Below, piece by piece: positions 42,972 to 46,899 of a stretch of DNA of 46,899 bases; position 1 is the stretch's first letter; each line of letters starts with the position of its first letter. The notes under the pieces are model-generated. The model was not told the origin of the DNA and did no database searches. It worked only from the letters and a program-made list of their open reading frames with translations. This stretch comes from Eubacteriales bacterium (GTDB taxonomy: Bacteria; Bacillota; Clostridia; Oscillospirales; CAG-272): NCBI GenBank assembly GCA_045643785.1, contig JAZRFR010000197.1, forward strand, positions 1 through 46,899, written 5' to 3'. The position numbers and the translations under genes are program-made.

Positions 42972-44858
42972 TTATTTGATGCCCAAATAGAGCAACAACA
43001 CAGAAATATCCGCAGGGCTGACACCGGAGATGCGGGATGCTTGTCCAATGGTCAGAGGTCGGAATTTTTCCAGCTTCTGTCCTGCCTCCAGGCGAAGTCC
43101 CTTGATCTGCTTGTAGTCCAGATCGGCAGGGATGTGTTTATCCTCTAACTTTTTCTGTCTTTCGACTTCTGCCAGCTCTCTTTTGATATATCCGGCGTAT
43201 TTTACGTCGGTTTCTACGGTTTTGACCACTTCTGCAGACAGATTCGGCCGATCACGGTCGATATTTGTGAGATCTTCATAGGTCAACTGAGGCCTGCGAA
43301 GAAGATCACCCAAGGACACACCGGATTTGACAGGCTCAAGTTCTTTTTCGGTCAGCATAGGATTGACCGCATCAGGGCCGAAATGTGTCGCCTCCAAACG
43401 CTGTTTTTCGGCTTCTTCTGCCTCTTTTTTTGCCAAAAACACCTGATATCTGTCTTCTGAAATCAATCCGCAGGCATAACCGATGGGTGTCAAGCGCAAA
43501 TCAGCGTTATCCTGCCGCAAAATCAAGCGGAATTCGGATCTGGAAGTCATCATGCGGTAGGGTTCATTGGTGCCTTTGGTTACGAGATCGTCGATCAGCG
43601 TGCCAATATAGCTTCCGGATCGGGGAAGTGTGACTTTTTCTTTACCGAGAGCTGTCAGGGCGGCGTTGATACCCGCCACAAGTCCCTGGGCGGCGGCTTC
43701 TTCATAACCGGAAGTACCGTTGAACTGTCCTGCGCCGTACAGGTTGGGATGATCCTTGAACTCCAGCGTGGCGTAGAGCTGGGTGGGATCGGCGCAATCG
43801 TACTCAATGGCGTAAGCGTAACGCATGATCTCGGCGTTTTCAAAACCCTTCAGGGAACGGATCATTTTCCACTGTACGTCGGTGGGCAGGGAGGTAGAGA
43901 AGCCTTGGATGTACATTTCCTCGGTATTCTTGCCCATGGGCTCCACGAAAAGCTGATGGCGTTCCTTGTCGGCAAAACGCACGATCTTATCCTCGATGGA
44001 AGGGCAATAACGGGGGCCTGTGCCGCTGATCTGACCCGAATACATAGCTGACCGATGGATATTCTCGTGAATAATCCCGTGGGTATCCGCGTTGGTGTAC
44101 ACGATGTGGCAAGGAATCTGTTCTTCCTTAATATAATCCTCTTTTTTCGTTTCGGTGGAGAAGGGCAGAGGATCATCCTCGCCGTTCTGGACTTCCAGCA
44201 CCGAAAAATCAATGGTTTCCCGCTTGACACGGGCAGGCGTACCCGTTTTGAAACGCATGAGACGGATCCCCAGGCCCGAAAGGGAGGCCGAAAGACCCTT
44301 GGAGGGCAGACTTCCGTCGGGGCCGGATTCAAAGTTTTTATCGCCGATGAAGATTTTCGCTTCGGGGTAGGTACCTGTGGCAATGATGACAGACTCGCAT
44401 TCCCACAGTTCTCTGAGGCGGGTTATGACGCCCCTGATTCCTGTGGAAAACCCGTTTTCATCTTTATTTTCAAGAATATCCGTGATCTCGGCCTGTACGA
44501 CACGCAAATGGGGCGTTTTTTCCAGGGTATGCTTCATACGAACGTGGTATGCCACGCGGTCGGCCTGGACACGCTTGGAGTGAACCGCCGCGCCTTTACC
44601 CAGATTGAGCGTACGGCTCTGCAAGGTCACAGCGTCGGCGCATTTACCCATTTCGCCGCCCAGAGCGTCGATCTCGTAGACCAGATGACCCTTGGCCGTG
44701 CCGCCGATGGAGAGGTTGCAGGGCATATTGGCGATCTGATCCAGGGACAGGGTAAAGAGAACGGTATCCACACCCATACGGGCAGAAGCCAGCGCCGCCT
44801 CACAGCCCGCGTGGCCTGCGCCAATCACCGCCACTGTGGTTTGTGTAATATGATTCAT
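42972..44858 (-). CDS. mnmG: tRNA uridine-5-carboxymethylaminomethyl modification enzyme MnmG/GidA
   Basis: GAGHAGCEAA, RFKTGTP, GPRYCPSIEDK, AGQFNGTSGYEEAAAQG, EPYRMMTSRSE. Confidence 0.97.
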   Translation of the reverse strand: MNHITQTTVAVIGAGHAGCEAALASARMGVDTVLFTLSLDQIANMPCNLSIGGTAKGHLVYEIDALGGEMGKCADAVTLQSRTLNLGKGAAVHSKRVQADRVAYHVRMKHTLEKTPHLRVVQAEITDILENKDENGFSTGIRGVITRLRELWECESVIIATGTYPEAKIFIGDKNFESGPDGSLPSKGLSASLSGLGIRLMRFKTGTPARVKRETIDFSVLEVQNGEDDPLPFSTETKKEDYIKEEQIPCHIVYTNADTHGIIHENIHRSAMYSGQISGTGPRYCPSIEDKIVRFADKERHQLFVEPMGKNTEEMYIQGFSTSLPTDVQWKMIRSLKGFENAEIMRYAYAIEYDCADPTQLYATLEFKDHPNLYGAGQFNGTSGYEEAAAQGLVAGINAALTALGKEKVTLPRSGSYIGTLIDDLVTKGTNEPYRMMTSRSEFRLILRQDNADLRLTPIGYACGLISEDRYQVFLAKKEAEEAEKQRLEATHFGPDAVNPMLTEKELEPVKSGVSLGDLLRRPQLTYEDLTNIDRDRPNLSAEVVKTVETDVKYAGYIKRELAEVERQKKLEDKHIPADLDYKQIKGLRLEAGQKLEKFRPLTIGQASRISGVSPADISVLLLYLGIK

Positions 44859-44912
44859 ATATTTTCCTTAAATTACCAATTTTTACCAGTTATTCAAAAA
44901 ATAACCCATGAT

Positions 44913-44941
44913 ATTGTACCATTCTTTTAGGGATTCGTCAA
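44913..44941 (-). promoter_or_regulatory. Sigma-A promoter for mnmG
   Basis: Minus strand: TTGACG, 17 bp, TACAAT with extended TG. Confidence 0.7.
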
Positions 44942-45022
44942 GTGGTACGCCGTAAAAAAACCGAACTTATAAAATTTATGTAAACTTTTTTTCGCCAAAT
45001 TCTTGAAATTTCACAAAAGCTC

Positions 45023-45051
45023 TTTACATTTTGCAAAAAGTATGTTATTAT
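45023..45051 (+). promoter_or_regulatory. Sigma-A promoter for nifJ
   Basis: TTTACA, 17 bp, TATTAT with extended TG. Confidence 0.62.
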
Positions 45052-45122
45052 ATATGGTGAGCAAATTTGTCCCGCGGTCATTGCTCCCGCGGGGAAAAAT
45101 TTTCAAGGAGGAATTTCCTAAA

Positions 45123-46899
45123 ATGGCAATCATGAGAAAAAAAGTGTCCATGGACGGTAACCAGGCTGCCGCTACGGTGAGCTACGCTTTCACTGAAGTC
45201 GCCGGTATTTACCCGATTACCCCCTCCAGCCCCATGGCTGACTGGGTAGACCAGTGGTCTGCACAGGGACTCAAGAACATTTTCGGCACTACCGTCAACG
45301 TAATGGAGATGGAGTCCGAGGCAGGTGCTGCCGGTACCGTTCACGGCTCGCTGAACGCCGGTGCTCTGACCACCACCTACACCGCATCCCAGGGTCTTCT
45401 GCTGATGATCCCCAACATGTACAAGATCGCCGGTGAGCTTCTCCCCTGCGTATTCCATGTTTCGGCTCGTTGCGTTGCTTCCCACGCTCTGAATATCTTC
45501 GGCGATCACTCCGACGTCTACGCTTGCCGTCAGACCGGTTTCGCTATGCTGGCTGAGACCAACCCCCAGGAAGTTATGGATCTGGGCGCCGTTGCTCACC
45601 TGGCTACCATCAAGGGCCGCGTACCCTTCCTGAACTTCTTCGACGGCTTCCGTACCTCTCACGAGATCCAGAAGATCGAGGTCTGGGACTTCGCCGACCT
45701 GGCTGAGATGGTGGATATGGACGCTGTGGCTGCTTTCCGTAGCCGCGCTCTGAACCCCGAGCATCCCGTGCTCCGCGGTTCCGCTCAGAACGGTGATATC
45801 TTCTTCCAGAACCGCGAGGCCTGCAACCGTTACTACGACGCTCTGCCCGCCATCGGCGAGGAGTACATGGACAAGGTCAACGCCAAGCTGGGCCCCGATT
45901 ACAAGCTCTTCAACTACTACGGCGCTCCCGACGCAGACCGCGTCATGATCGCTATGGGCTCCATCTGCGACGTAGCAGAGGAAGTCATCGACTATATGCT
46001 GGCTCAGGGTGAGAAGGTCGGTCTGATCAAGGTCCGCCTGTACCGTCCCTTCTGCGCAGAGAAGCTCATCGAGGCTATTCCCGCAACCTGCGAGAAGATC
46101 GCTGTCCTCGACAGAACCAAGGAGCCCGGCTCCCTGGGTGAGCCCCTGTACCTCGACGTCGTTACCGCTCTGGCTACTCACGGTATCCAGAAGAAGGTTG
46201 TCGGCGGCCGTTACGGTCTGGGTTCCAAGGATACTCCTCCTTCCTCCATCTTCGCGATCTTCGCAAACCTGGCTAAGGACGAGCCCAAGGCTAACTTCAC
46301 CGTTGGTATCGTAGATGACGTTACCAATTGCTCCCTCGAGGAGACTGTTGCTCCCGATACCGCTCCTGCCGGCACCAAGGCTTGCAAGTTCTGGGGTCTG
46401 GGCGGCGACGGTACCGTCGGTGCAAACAAGAACTCCATCAAGATCATCGGTGACCACACCGACAAGTATATCCAGGCTTACTTCCAGTACGACTCCAAGA
46501 AGACCAACGGTATCACCATCTCTCACCTGCGTTTCGGTGACACCCCCATTAAGTCTCCTTACTACATCAACAAGGCTGACTTCGTGGCCTGCCACAACCC
46601 CTCTTACGTCATCAAGGGCTACAAGATGGTCAATGACGTTAAGCCCGGCGGTATCTTCCTGATCAACTGCCAGTGGAACGCCGAGGAGCTGGATAAGAAC
46701 ATGCCCGCCGAGGCTAAGCGTTACATCGCTCAGAACAACATCCAGCTGTACACCATCAACGCTATCGATCTGGCTATCGAGATCGGTATGGGTAAGCGTA
46801 CCAACACCATCCTGCAGTCTGCTTTCTTCACCCTAGCCGGTGTTATGCCCCAGGCTGAGGCGATCCAGTACATGAAGGATGCCGCCACCAAGTCCTATT
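45123..46899 (+). CDS. nifJ: Pyruvate:ferredoxin (flavodoxin) oxidoreductase, 5' part running off the window
   Basis: Not in the ORF track (no stop in the window). Read directly: MAIMRKKVSMDGNQAAA..IYPITPSS..ESEAGAAG..TASQGLLLMIPN..FFDGFRTSHE..FWGLGGDGTVGANK; AGGAGG RBS. Confidence 0.95.
   Translation, partial: MAIMRKKVSMDGNQAAATVSYAFTEVAGIYPITPSSPMADWVDQWSAQGLKNIFGTTVNVMEMESEAGAAGTVHGSLNAGALTTTYTASQGLLLMIPNMYKIAGELLPCVFHVSARCVASHALNIFGDHSDVYACRQTGFAMLAETNPQEVMDLGAVAHLATIKGRVPFLNFFDGFRTSHEIQKIEVWDFADLAEMVDMDAVAAFRSRALNPEHPVLRGSAQNGDIFFQNREACNRYYDALPAIGEEYMDKVNAKLGPDYKLFNYYGAPDADRVMIAMGSICDVAEEVIDYMLAQGEKVGLIKVRLYRPFCAEKLIEAIPATCEKIAVLDRTKEPGSLGEPLYLDVVTALATHGIQKKVVGGRYGLGSKDTPPSSIFAIFANLAKDEPKANFTVGIVDDVTNCSLEETVAPDTAPAGTKACKFWGLGGDGTVGANKNSIKIIGDHTDKYIQAYFQYDSKKTNGITISHLRFGDTPIKSPYYINKADFVACHNPSYVIKGYKMVNDVKPGGIFLINCQWNAEELDKNMPAEAKRYIAQNNIQLYTINAIDLAIEIGMGKRTNTILQSAFFTLAGVMPQAEAIQYMKDAATKSY

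Noticed and set aside
45000-45018. Rex operator upstream of nifJ (TGAAATTTCA palindrome, TTCACAA half-site)
   Set aside because: Only one half-site fits TTGTGAA-N4-TTCACAA and the spacing is wrong.

Overview
Chromosomal segment from a high-GC Clostridia-like Firmicute (inferred from gene content, sigma-A promoters and parS sites). Left end: paaK-ACT, mscL and a MATE transporter, with REP-like hairpins around paaK. Right end: a peptidase C26 gene, a membrane protein, serS, parB, parA, seven parS sites, rsmG, mnmG and a divergent, partial nifJ. Between them, 4568-36677 is a ~32 kb all-minus-strand surface-structure locus with no recognisable mobility genes. It encodes seven proteins with SipW-type processing sites (A/S/T-W-F/Y/I, one A-RY), five of them clear paralogs, and two SipW-type Ser-His signal peptidases. 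It also encodes a membrane-anchored McrB-like AAA+ NTPase, a DUF2357-like partner with a coiled coil where the nuclease would normally be, a small membrane protein sharing an RAE(L/I/V) motif with both peptidase tails, a degenerate HD-GYP/EAL protein, a 2301-aa dockerin protein beside a possible cohesin anchor, and a BspA-type LRR protein. Best interpretation (inference): a sortase-independent, TasA-like pilus/fibre system that has recruited an McrBC-derived motor and may be controlled by c-di-GMP. All calls are motif recognition by eye; no searches were run.
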